From Myxococcota bacterium (GTDB lineage Bacteria > Myxococcota_A > UBA796 > CAJQPC01), in assembly GCA_036229005.1 (NCBI GenBank), contig JAZAMN010000031.1, forward strand, positions 1-64,000: DNA of 64,000 bases, read 5' to 3'. The notes below the pieces were generated by a model that saw only the letters and a list, made by a program, of their open reading frames with translations, made no database searches and had not been told where the DNA came from. Positions 1 to 8,306 of this stretch are shown piece after piece. The translations under genes and the position numbers were made by a program. Every line of letters starts with the position of its first letter. The stretch's first letter is position 1.

Positions 1-29
1 CCTATCGAGCGCGGCCCCGCTGCCCCTCC

Positions 30-306
30 AACACGGTGGTGACTACGGGGGCCGTCCTCGGTCGCAAGCTCCCTGCGGGCGGCCCCTTTGGGGAGTCAGA
101 TGTGTAAACAGGGTGCCCGGTCTGAAGTGCTAGCAAGGTGCTCGGCTTGACAGGGGGGCACGCCGCAAGCGGCGTTCGTTCTCCGTCTCCGTTCCCTGCG
201 AATCGGTGCCAGTCCCGTGAGCGAAGACCCGGACTGACCCCCAACACCCGAGCCCCCATCCAAAAGCCACCCCCACCTCAAACCCGGCGTTGACGCTCAG
301 TCTTCA
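30..306 (+). other. Structured non-coding segment; possible IS110/IS1111-type non-coding right end (bridge-RNA-like) of an element extending off the left edge
   Basis: No credible ORF. Stems: GGGGCCGTCC 48-57 / GGGCGGCCCC 77-86; GTGCCC 113-118 / GGGCAC 156-161; ACGCCGCAAGCGGCGT 160-175; CAGTCC 210-215 / GGACTG 231-236. TTGACG at 290-295. The family assignment is inference only. Confidence 0.3.
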
Positions 307-486
307 AGAACAGACGAGGCACTCACGACTCCCGGCGAAGCTGAGCCTGCTCGCAAGCTCAAAGCGCAGGTCCCTGGACAAACTTGAGGTCCAGGTTTTG
401 AACTCCCCTCGCCCTGGACGGCTCACTTCTCCGAATGGGGCGGGAAACGCCATTGGCCCGATACACACCTCGGTGGGCCTGCGGCC

Positions 487-739
487 CGTGGAGAAGACCT
501 CGACCTCGTCTCTCGCGAGCTGGGGGGTGAACGGCTCGACCCTCGCGGAGTGGCGAGAGTCCTTCCTGGAGGTTGGCCTCGGCGCGCTCCGCACCCGAGC
601 CCGGGACGACCGGGACGAGCGCATCCGCGAACTCGAGCGGAAGCTCGGTCAGGTGACGGTGGACAACGAGCTGCTGTACGACAAGATCGACAAGATGGAG
701 GCTGGCGTCCCTTTGGGCCGTCGGCGGTCGAAGCGATGA
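487..739 (+). pseudogene. IS3 orfA (HTH) remnant, N-terminally truncated and frameshifted
   Basis: RGEDLDLVSRELG reads in one frame and VNGSTLAEWRESFL...IRELERKLGQVTVDNELL in the next. The shift is at a G6 run (522-527) where five G would keep the frame. Confidence 0.7.
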
Positions 740-1632
740 GCGAGGAGACCTCGCCGTCCACCTGCCGCCGCTACGGCATCGCCCGGACCGCCCGCTTCTG
801 GGGTGTGGGCCGTTCGACTGTGCACCTTCATCGGGCCCGCCGGGAAGCGGGGTGCCCACTAGGTCGTCGTCGGGGCCCGCGGGGTCCTTGCCCCGACGAA
901 GAGCTGGTGGAGCACATCCGCGCCGTCCTCTCCGCGTCGCCGTTCCATGGTGACGGCTACCGCAAAGCCTGGGACCGTCTCCGGCACGTTGGGATCCGCA
1001 CCTCCCGCGACCGGGTCCGCCGACTGATGCGCGAGCACGGGCTTTCCGCGCCGTACCACCCCCTCCGTCGCCGGGGCTCCGAGGCGCACGACGGCCGGGT
1101 CACCACCGACCTCCCTGACGAGGTCTGGGGCACGGATGCCACCCAGGTCCTCACCCGCGAGGGCACCGCCACCATCTTCATCGCCGTCGAGCACTGCACC
1201 GCCGAGTGCATCGGCATCCACGCTGCCCGCAGGGGCACCCGCCACGAGGCCCTCGAGCCGCTGAGGCAGGGCGTCCGCCGCCATTTCGGAGACTACGACC
1301 GCGACGCCGCTCACGGCCTCACGCTGCGCCACGACCACGGCTCCCAGTACATGAGCCATGACTTCCAGGACGAGCTGCGCTTCCTCGGCATCCGCTCCAG
1401 CCCCTCCTTCGTCGCCGAGCCGGAGTGCAACGGCGTCGCCGAGCGCTTCATCCGCACCCTCAAGGAGCAGCTGATCTGGGTCGAGACCTTCGACACCATC
1501 GAGGACCTCCGGCTCGCCCTGCACGCCTTCAGGCGGCGCTACAACGCCTCCTGGCTGGTCCAGAAGCACCAGCACCGCACGCCCGACCAGGTCCGTGCGC
1601 TACTCTCACCACCGGTCGCTCACGCGGCCTGA
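736..1632 (+). CDS. IS3-family transposase OrfB (DDE integrase core)
   Basis: GYRKAW HTH region, WGTDAT (D), RHDHGSQY (D), NGVAERFIRTLKE (E). The ATG overlaps the orfA stop. Confidence 0.9.
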   Translation: MSEETSPSTCRRYGIARTARFWGVGRSTVHLHRARREAGCPLGRRRGPRGPCPDEELVEHIRAVLSASPFHGDGYRKAWDRLRHVGIRTSRDRVRRLMREHGLSAPYHPLRRRGSEAHDGRVTTDLPDEVWGTDATQVLTREGTATIFIAVEHCTAECIGIHAARRGTRHEALEPLRQGVRRHFGDYDRDAAHGLTLRHDHGSQYMSHDFQDELRFLGIRSSPSFVAEPECNGVAERFIRTLKEQLIWVETFDTIEDLRLALHAFRRRYNASWLVQKHQHRTPDQVRALLSPPVAHAA

Positions 1633-1810
1633 ATAGAACCTCTCCGGTGTCCAAGAAACCGGGGTGCGCAACAGGCCTGACCTGCCGCCGGGGTGGAGAC
1701 CACGATGCGGCGTTCCCAGGTCTTGATGTGAAGGGCATCCATGCCCCCCCCTCCTTGTCGCTGCGTACTCACCGAAGTACACAAGCAACAACGAAACTCT
1801 GGAGGGGGAG

Positions 1811-2428
1811 ATGCGACACAGGACTGCGACCATCGCAGGACTTCTGGGATTGATTGTGATTCTGGGGACCTTTGTGATGAGGGGGCATCAAGCAGCCACT
1901 CCAAGAACTCCTTCCGATCTGTCAGACAGCCAGGCCCATCCCCCCAAACCGGAGGCCTCGCCCCTTCCCGCCGACACACCAGATCGAGCGCCGGGCCCCC
2001 CTCAGCCAAACACAGAGAAGGCGCACCACGGCCGCCAAGCTCCAGGTCCATCTACGGCAGCGCCAGATTGGTTCGACTGGGATCAACATCAGCCAATTGA
2101 GGGCGCGACCGTCTGGCCGCTGACCCTGGGAGGATTGGAGGACGGCTTCACAGAAGCACGCACCCTGCTGGGACAGGACTGTGAGGACTTCATCGCTCAG
2201 GACGACAGGGTTGTATTCACGATCAACATCATCAATGTCGACGGGAAGGGTGTGGCAACGATCTTCGACATCGAACGGGGAGACGGCGGAGAGAACGATG
2301 ACTACATCGACTGTCAATCCGAGGTCATCCGTCGCGTGGCATTCGATGCACCACCTGCGGGCGGCTATGGCCAGGTCCGACTACCAATCAACGCATACAC
2401 AGCGATTGACCAGCACGCCGGCGAGTAG
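1811..2428 (+). CDS. Hypothetical membrane-anchored protein with a Pro-rich linker and a C-terminal domain resembling AgmX/PglI-C or TonB-C
   Basis: RBS GGAGGGGGAG, N-terminal TM (IAGLLGLIVILGTFV), Pro-rich stalk, C-terminal DC...VVFTINI...DCQSEVIRRVAFDAPPAGG..VRLPI pattern. GC is lower than in the core genes. Confidence 0.6.
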   Translation: MRHRTATIAGLLGLIVILGTFVMRGHQAATPRTPSDLSDSQAHPPKPEASPLPADTPDRAPGPPQPNTEKAHHGRQAPGPSTAAPDWFDWDQHQPIEGATVWPLTLGGLEDGFTEARTLLGQDCEDFIAQDDRVVFTINIINVDGKGVATIFDIERGDGGENDDYIDCQSEVIRRVAFDAPPAGGYGQVRLPINAYTAIDQHAGE

Positions 2429-2467
2429 GTAGCGACAGCAACCGGGGAACGCTGACCCACCGCCGCT

Positions 2468-3970
2468 TCAGGCACCACAGCCAAGCAAGGCGGCCTGCAT
2501 GACGGGCAGCATGGTGTGGGAGCTGGCGGTTGTGGGGAAGACGCTGGCATCCAGGACCTGGAGGTTCTCCACGCCGTGGACGCGGAAGTCCAGGTCAACG
2601 ACGCTGGTGTCGGGGTCGGGGCCCATGCGACATGTGCCCTGGGGATGGGCGGAGATGAGCTGGATGGAGGCAGGCCGCAGCGGAGCGCGGTCGATGAGCT
2701 CAAGGTCGGCGGAAGAGGTGATGGGCCCGAGGCCGACGAGGGGCGCAAAGACACACTCGGCGCCCTGCGACAGAAAGACCTCGCTGGCGAGACGGATGCT
2801 GCTGCGGAGTCTGTGTTTGGTCTCTTCCCCAAAGGGGTAGGCGATGACAGGTCGGCCACCACTCAGCCTCACCTCCCCTACAGGACGGTCCGGAACCAGA
2901 CACAGTGCTGCCGCCAGGCGGTCGTAGGCCCGGAACTGCTCCAACAAACCTGGGCCCCAACCAACGCCGCTCGCCGCAGCCATGCCAGGGGTGGCGGAGA
3001 CGGACTCGATACGGAAACCTCCAAGGCCCTGCTCGGCGGTGCAGGTCTCCATGCCGTCCAGATAGGCGGCCTGGGGAATGCCCCGGAACATGCGGACGGG
3101 CTGGGGGAAGCGGGCGGAGACAGGAGCCTGGGGCTGGAGGCTGAGGTGCTTGCCGACCTGGGCGCCTCCGAGCTTGGAGGCCTGGAGGATGAGGGGGCTG
3201 TGGATGGCCCCCGCCGCGAGGATGTACCGCTCGGCCTTGACGGTGAAGGGACGCAGGCTGCGCTGCTGGGCATCGACGAGGTGACCGTGAGCGAGCCGGA
3301 CCCGTCCCCCACCCCACGTGAGGCGCGTGACCCGAGCCTGGGACTGCAGCAACATGTTGCCGGTGGCGAGGCCGCGGGGGATCCAGGTGAGGTGGGTGCC
3401 CTTCTTGGCGTCGTAGGCGCAGCCGACCAGGCAGTAGCCGCTGCCGATGCAGCCGACGCGGTTGTGTTGGAAGGCAGCTCCAGAGACGCCGAGGGCCTGA
3501 CCGCCCCTCAAGAGGATGCGGGCGTTGTCGTTGAGCTGGTCGGCGGGGATGAGGTTCGCGCCGATGGCTGCCTTGGCGAGGCCAGCAGCGCGGTCCCAAT
3601 CGGCCTGGCTGAAGCGGTCGACGCCAAAGCGCTGGGCCCAGTGCTGGACGACGCCGGGCGGGATCGGTACGACATCGGCCATGTTGATGACTGTGCTGCC
3701 ACCCACGGCGCGGCCCTGGAGGACGGAGATGCCCCCGTCGGCGGTCATCTGGCTGCCGCCGTCGCGGTAGAGCAGCGGATACATCTGCTCTTCGCGCTGG
3801 GTCATCTGCGACGCGGTGACGCGCTGGCCCTCTTCGAGGAGGACGACGGAGTGGCCCTGCTCGGCGAGGTAGCCCGCTGCGAGACCACCCCCGGCGCCAG
3901 ACCCGATGACACAGATCTCGGTCTCCAGGTGGAAGCCATCCGGGACATCGGCCGCGCTGCGGTGGCTCAC
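2468..3970 (-). CDS. GMC-family FAD oxidoreductase
   Basis: VIGSGAGG FAD motif, GRAVGGSTVIN, CIGSGYCLVGC, C-terminal SAHPQGTCRMG and DASVFPT. The GTG start overlaps the upstream stop. Confidence 0.92.
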   Translation of the reverse strand: MSHRSAADVPDGFHLETEICVIGSGAGGGLAAGYLAEQGHSVVLLEEGQRVTASQMTQREEQMYPLLYRDGGSQMTADGGISVLQGRAVGGSTVINMADVVPIPPGVVQHWAQRFGVDRFSQADWDRAAGLAKAAIGANLIPADQLNDNARILLRGGQALGVSGAAFQHNRVGCIGSGYCLVGCAYDAKKGTHLTWIPRGLATGNMLLQSQARVTRLTWGGGRVRLAHGHLVDAQQRSLRPFTVKAERYILAAGAIHSPLILQASKLGGAQVGKHLSLQPQAPVSARFPQPVRMFRGIPQAAYLDGMETCTAEQGLGGFRIESVSATPGMAAASGVGWGPGLLEQFRAYDRLAAALCLVPDRPVGEVRLSGGRPVIAYPFGEETKHRLRSSIRLASEVFLSQGAECVFAPLVGLGPITSSADLELIDRAPLRPASIQLISAHPQGTCRMGPDPDTSVVDLDFRVHGVENLQVLDASVFPTTASSHTMLPVMQAALLGCGA

Positions 3971-4440
3971 TGGGCGCCCACCCATGGGCCGTCGTAGCCC
4001 ATCACAGACCACTGGCCGGGGTCGGCGAAGAAGGTGAACACGGCGGTCTTGCGGAGGGCCTGGAAGATCTGGCGGCGGAGGACGAGCTCGGAGGACTCCC
4101 AGTCCAGCAGGACCTGGGTGCGCTGAGCGAGGGGCATGCGGGAGAAGGCACGCAGGCCAGCGCCGTGCTCAAGGACGAGGAGGGCCAGGCGGAGCTGCTC
4201 GGCGACGGCGGGGTCGTCCGTGGCCAGGAAGCTGTCGACGCCAGCGGCGAGCTCGGGGGCGCGGGCTGGCTCGGGCAGCAGGACCTCCAAGGCAGCGACG
4301 AGGGTGGCTCGGGGGGTGGCGCCCAGAAAAGGCGAGTCGAGCCACTGCTGGGGAGGGCGATGCGCCCAGAGGACCGACCCGAGCCCCGCAGCGGTCGCGA
4401 GACTCAAGCCCCCGAGGAGCAGGTGGCGTCGGCTGGGCAT
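3967..4440 (-). CDS. Small Tat-signal-like partner of the GMC enzyme (gluconate 2-dehydrogenase subunit 3-like)
   Basis: MPSRRHLLLGG twin-arginine N-terminus, FSRMPLAQRTQVLLDW and a C-terminal MGYDGP motif. Translationally coupled to the GMC gene. Confidence 0.7.
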   Translation of the reverse strand: MPSRRHLLLGGLSLATAAGLGSVLWAHRPPQQWLDSPFLGATPRATLVAALEVLLPEPARAPELAAGVDSFLATDDPAVAEQLRLALLVLEHGAGLRAFSRMPLAQRTQVLLDWESSELVLRRQIFQALRKTAVFTFFADPGQWSVMGYDGPWVGAQ

Positions 4441-4485
4441 GGGGCACGCTACCGCAAGGGTGCCCGCTCCGTGGACAATGCGGCC

Positions 4486-6795
4486 ATGGAAAGCATCGAC
4501 CTGCAGTTCACGCTGGATGGCGAGACCATCGAGCGCAGCATCCCCCACAACCTGTCCACGCTGGACCTGCTCCGCGAACACCTGGGTGAGCGGGACCTGC
4601 GCCCGGGATGCAGCCCGCAGGGGGTGTGCGGGAGCTGCGCGGTGCTCGTGAACGGGGTGTTCCGGCTGGGCTGCACGCTGCCCGCGCGCTCACTCAAGGG
4701 GAAGGAGGTGCTGACGCCGTCTTCGTGGGAGCTGGCCGAGTCGGCGGCGCAGGCCTTCGCCCGGAGTGGGGCCGCGCTGGGGGGCTACGAGCTGCCGGGT
4801 CTGCTCACGCAGGCGCGGGTGCTGCACAAGAAGGGCCAGACGGACAAGGCCGGCGCGGACAAGGGGCTGCTGATGCACCTGCTGCGCGGCGCGAGCTGGG
4901 AGAGCGTGGAGCAGGCGCTCGCCGAGCTGGAGGACCCCACCCCGGGACCGGCCTTCGCCGCCGACAAGGGGCTGGGATTGGTGCCCTTCGTCGAGGACCT
5001 GGAGCGCCCGGGGATGCGGCACGCGGTGCCGCTGTGGACGCCGGCGCCGCGGATGAAGCTGGAGGCGCTCGAGCTCCCGGAGCTGCCGGAGGGGTGCGCG
5101 GTGCTGGACGCACAGGCGCTGGGGCTGGGGCTGGGCGTGACGCAGGCCCCGCTGATGCCGGGGCCCGGTGAGCAGACGCGGCACCACGGCGAGATCCTGG
5201 CGCTGGTGGTCGCGCCCACGCGGGCGCAAGCGGTGGCCCTGAGGGACGCCATCGAGGTGCGGGGGGAGGTCATGGAGCCGATGACCTCGCCGGCGCGCTC
5301 CCGTGTCGCGGTTGGGAGCGCGCGAGAGGAGTCCGGGCGGTGGGCCGAGGGGGCCTCGACCACCCTGCAGACCTCCTTCCTCCCCCAACCGGCGGGCTGT
5401 CTGGAGGCCCCCGCGGTGCTGGCGGTTCCCCACTCGGAGGGCATGCAGGTGTTCGCGAACGGGGAGTGCGCCGGCGCCGAGGCCTGGGAGATTCGGGAGC
5501 TGACGGGGGTGGAGGCCCGGGTGGAGCTGCTGGGGAGCTCGGCGGGGCCCGGTGGGCGCGGAGACCTGGGGTTGGCTGTGCTGGCGGTCGCTGCGGCGCG
5601 GGAGCTGGATCGCCCGGTGAAGCTGAGCCTGGAGCTGGGGGAGGCGTCCCGGATCCTGGGGCGGCGGCACCCGGTGGAGCTGAGCCTGGAGCTGAGCGGT
5701 GGGCCGGAGGGGCTGAGCCTTGGCTGGTCGCTGCAGGCGGACTCGGGAGGCGACGGGCGGCAGGGCGAGGCCTTTGTGTACCCGGCGCTCGCGCAGGCCG
5801 CGGGGGCGTACCGGCTGGAGGGGATCCGGGCGGAGTTCCAGGCGCTGCAGACGAACAACCCGCCGGCGGGAGGCGTGGCGGGTGACGGGGCGCTGCAGAC
5901 GCTGGTCGCGCTGGAGCTGGGGATGGACGCTCTGGCCCGCGCCCAGGACCTGGAGCCGTTGGCGCTGAGGCTGGCACTGCTGGATGAGGCCTCGGGGCTT
6001 GGGCCGCTGCTTGAGCAGGCACCCACGGGCGATGGATGGTCCCAGGCGTGCATCGCGCTGCGCTCTCCGGGCAGCACGCCGGCCGCGGTGGCGGTCGTGG
6101 AGGAGGAGGCCGGGATCCGGGTGCTGGTGGACCGGGCTGGCGCGGGGCTGGGCTGGGAGGCGGAGCTTCGGACGGCCGCGGCGGAGGCCCTGCAGCTTTC
6201 GCCCGAGCAGGTGGAGATCGAGGTGAGCTCGGACGCGCCGCCTTCTCCGGGAGAGGATCCTGGGCTGCTCCTGCAAGCGCTGCGCACCGCTCTGGCTGCC
6301 CACTCCCTGGACGCATCGGTCGGGCACCGCAGCATCGGCGAGGTCACCTCGGCGGAGGGCTACACGAGCCAGCGGGCCGTCGCGGCGGTGAGGCTGGTGG
6401 ACGGGGAGATCGCCCAGGTCTGGGTGCGTAGCCACGCTGGAGAGATGCCCCACCCGAGGCTGCACCGGAGCCGCCTGCTGGCCGCGGTGCAGGAGGGCCT
6501 GGGCGCAGCCTTCACGGAGGCGATCGCAACCCAGGGCGGGATCGGCGATGAGCGCCTGCGCACCTACGGGCTGATCAAGTCCAAGCGCATGCCCCCGGTC
6601 GACGCGGGGCTGACGGAGGGGGGTGCTGCGGTCTCCCCAGGAGCTGCCGCCCGCATCGCTGTGGCAGCCGCATGTGCCTGCGCTCTGGCAAAGCACGAGG
6701 GGCGCGTGCGCGAGGTCTACCCGGCGCGGGACTGCCCTGCGGCCTGGCAGCTTGGGATCAAGAAGCCCCGGGGCCCCAAGACCGGTGGCGCCTGA
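4486..6795 (+). CDS. Xanthine dehydrogenase/aldehyde oxidoreductase-family protein (2Fe-2S plus molybdopterin-binding domains), motifs degenerate
   Basis: N-terminal LDLLREHLG..CSPQGVCGSCAVLVNG...C; FVEDLERPGMRHA, LEAPAVLA, DRPVKL, GRRHP and TNNPPAG are XDH-family landmarks. Confidence 0.8.
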   Translation: MESIDLQFTLDGETIERSIPHNLSTLDLLREHLGERDLRPGCSPQGVCGSCAVLVNGVFRLGCTLPARSLKGKEVLTPSSWELAESAAQAFARSGAALGGYELPGLLTQARVLHKKGQTDKAGADKGLLMHLLRGASWESVEQALAELEDPTPGPAFAADKGLGLVPFVEDLERPGMRHAVPLWTPAPRMKLEALELPELPEGCAVLDAQALGLGLGVTQAPLMPGPGEQTRHHGEILALVVAPTRAQAVALRDAIEVRGEVMEPMTSPARSRVAVGSAREESGRWAEGASTTLQTSFLPQPAGCLEAPAVLAVPHSEGMQVFANGECAGAEAWEIRELTGVEARVELLGSSAGPGGRGDLGLAVLAVAAARELDRPVKLSLELGEASRILGRRHPVELSLELSGGPEGLSLGWSLQADSGGDGRQGEAFVYPALAQAAGAYRLEGIRAEFQALQTNNPPAGGVAGDGALQTLVALELGMDALARAQDLEPLALRLALLDEASGLGPLLEQAPTGDGWSQACIALRSPGSTPAAVAVVEEEAGIRVLVDRAGAGLGWEAELRTAAAEALQLSPEQVEIEVSSDAPPSPGEDPGLLLQALRTALAAHSLDASVGHRSIGEVTSAEGYTSQRAVAAVRLVDGEIAQVWVRSHAGEMPHPRLHRSRLLAAVQEGLGAAFTEAIATQGGIGDERLRTYGLIKSKRMPPVDAGLTEGGAAVSPGAAARIAVAAACACALAKHEGRVREVYPARDCPAAWQLGIKKPRGPKTGGA

Positions 6796-7456
6796 GCAGG
6801 GCGCTGGCGCCAAGGCCGAGGAGGACCCCCGAGCCGGCGAGCACCCAGAAGCTGCTGGGGATTGGCGTGGGGCCGAGCTGCTCGAGGGTCGCGGGCTCGC
6901 TGCGGAGGGCGCGCTCCCACCGGTGGGCTGCGCGGAGGCTGAAGGTGACCTCGCGGAGGGACTCGTCCAGTGACCAGCGCTCCCCCAAGTAGGTGCCGGA
7001 GGGGTGAAGCGAGGAGTCCAGGAGCACCCACGGCCGACTCACCTCCCCCTCCACGCGGAAGAAGCCGGGCATGTCGGCGAGGTTCTCATTGCGCACGCTC
7101 AGCGCGTGGTCCCCGGGCTCCAGGGGGAGCCAGAGCTCCTGCTCGAAGATGAGGTAGACGTCGTTGCCCTTGGAGCTGCGGGTGTCCGGCAGCGGGGTCC
7201 AGCTCTGGAGCTCGCCGTCGACCTTGAGGACGAGGCCCTGCATGAGCTCGCGGTGCTTGCGATCGACGTAGGCGTCGGCGGCCTGGGGGCCGAAGTCGGC
7301 GCTGGGCTCCAGCGACTCCAGGACGTGGTGGACGGGAATCCGCGTCCATTGGTGAAGTCGCACGCCCTCAGGGCCGATGTCCCAAGACAGGTGGTGGCCC
7401 GGGAGGGCGCCGCCCGCTGGGTGCGCCAGGGCGAGGTTGGCGTACAGGAGCCACAT
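6758..7456 (-). CDS. Hypothetical exported protein with a C-terminal membrane anchor (DUF1007-like, possibly metal binding)
   Basis: Signal peptide ending ALA-HP and a C-terminal TM followed by RRHR. The DUF1007 resemblance is a weak impression. Confidence 0.6.
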   Translation of the reverse strand: MWLLYANLALAHPAGGALPGHHLSWDIGPEGVRLHQWTRIPVHHVLESLEPSADFGPQAADAYVDRKHRELMQGLVLKVDGELQSWTPLPDTRSSKGNDVYLIFEQELWLPLEPGDHALSVRNENLADMPGFFRVEGEVSRPWVLLDSSLHPSGTYLGERWSLDESLREVTFSLRAAHRWERALRSEPATLEQLGPTPIPSSFWVLAGSGVLLGLGASALLRRHRSWGPGAS

Positions 7457-7502
7457 GCTCCGCTGGCTAACCCCTCGCGAACATGGTGGTTAGCTTGGGT
7501 CC

Positions 7503-8219
7503 ATGCGCATGAATCCCTCCGGCCTTGGTCTCCAGGTCACCCAGCTCCTCAAGCTGACGGTGCCCGCCCTGTTTGTGCTCTACGTGCTGCAGCTCCTGAT
7601 GGGGAGCTGGCTGGGCTGGCCCGTGGAGCAGTGGCTGTTCATGAGCCCGATCTCCGGCGGCCACTGGCGCCCCTGGCAGCCACTGACCGCTCTGCTGTTC
7701 AACAGCAGCCCCATCTCCGCGCTGCTGGACTGGCTGGTGCTGGGCTGGTTCCTGGGACCGGCTGAGCAGGCCCTGGGGCGCAAGCGGCTGCTGGGGGCGA
7801 TGGCGACGGCGGCCCTGGGTGCTGGCGCCCTGACCACCGGGCTGGACGCGATCGGCCTGCTGGCGGGCGGCGGCGTGTTCGTGGGCCTGGAGCCGATCCT
7901 GACCGGGCTGGTGGTGATCTTTGGCATGGCGCACCCCAACGCGACCATCCGCCTGTTCTTTGTGCTGCCCATCAAGGCGCAGTGGCTGGCCTGGGGCTCG
8001 GGCGTGCTGGCCCTGCTGTTCTTCCTGGCGCAGCGGGACCTGAGCTCGGCGATGTACCTGTTCGGGTGGGTGAGCACCTTCGCGTTCATGTCGCTGCGGG
8101 AGGACTTCTTCCGCCAGATGTGGCTGCGCTGGAAGGCGCGGAAGCACGAGAAGGAGCTGGGCAAGTTCACCGTGATCAAGGGCGGCAAGGACGAGAACGG
8201 AGACGACTGGGTGAACTGA
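7503..8219 (+). CDS. Rhomboid-like multi-pass membrane protein
   Basis: WRPWQPLTA, FLGPAEQALGRKRLL, PNATIRLFFVLPIKAQW, about 6 TMs and a C-terminal FTVIKGG..DWVN tail. The catalytic GxS is not evident (FVGLEP). Confidence 0.7.
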   Translation: MRMNPSGLGLQVTQLLKLTVPALFVLYVLQLLMGSWLGWPVEQWLFMSPISGGHWRPWQPLTALLFNSSPISALLDWLVLGWFLGPAEQALGRKRLLGAMATAALGAGALTTGLDAIGLLAGGGVFVGLEPILTGLVVIFGMAHPNATIRLFFVLPIKAQWLAWGSGVLALLFFLAQRDLSSAMYLFGWVSTFAFMSLREDFFRQMWLRWKARKHEKELGKFTVIKGGKDENGDDWVN

Positions 8220-8306
8220 GGGTCGGAGAGGCGCGTAGAAAATTTTTCTTCACCCTCCAGCGGATCGCTGCTATACCGATGGGTGTAGTCAGTGAGGGTC
8301 TGCCCA

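Larger units (their letters stand above)
487..1673 (+). mobile_element. IS3-family insertion sequence, left end missing or degenerate
   Basis: orfA remnant and orfB (rve integrase) overlap at ATGA 736-739. IS3-type right end GTGTCCAAGAAACCGGGGTGCGCAACA terminates in CA at 1673. No matching left inverted repeat was seen. Confidence 0.85.

Noticed and set aside
290..486. N-terminal part of the 290..739 ORF as a full orfA
   Set aside because: Transposase-like sequence starts only near 487 and in another frame; the TTG-start extension looks non-coding or unrelated.
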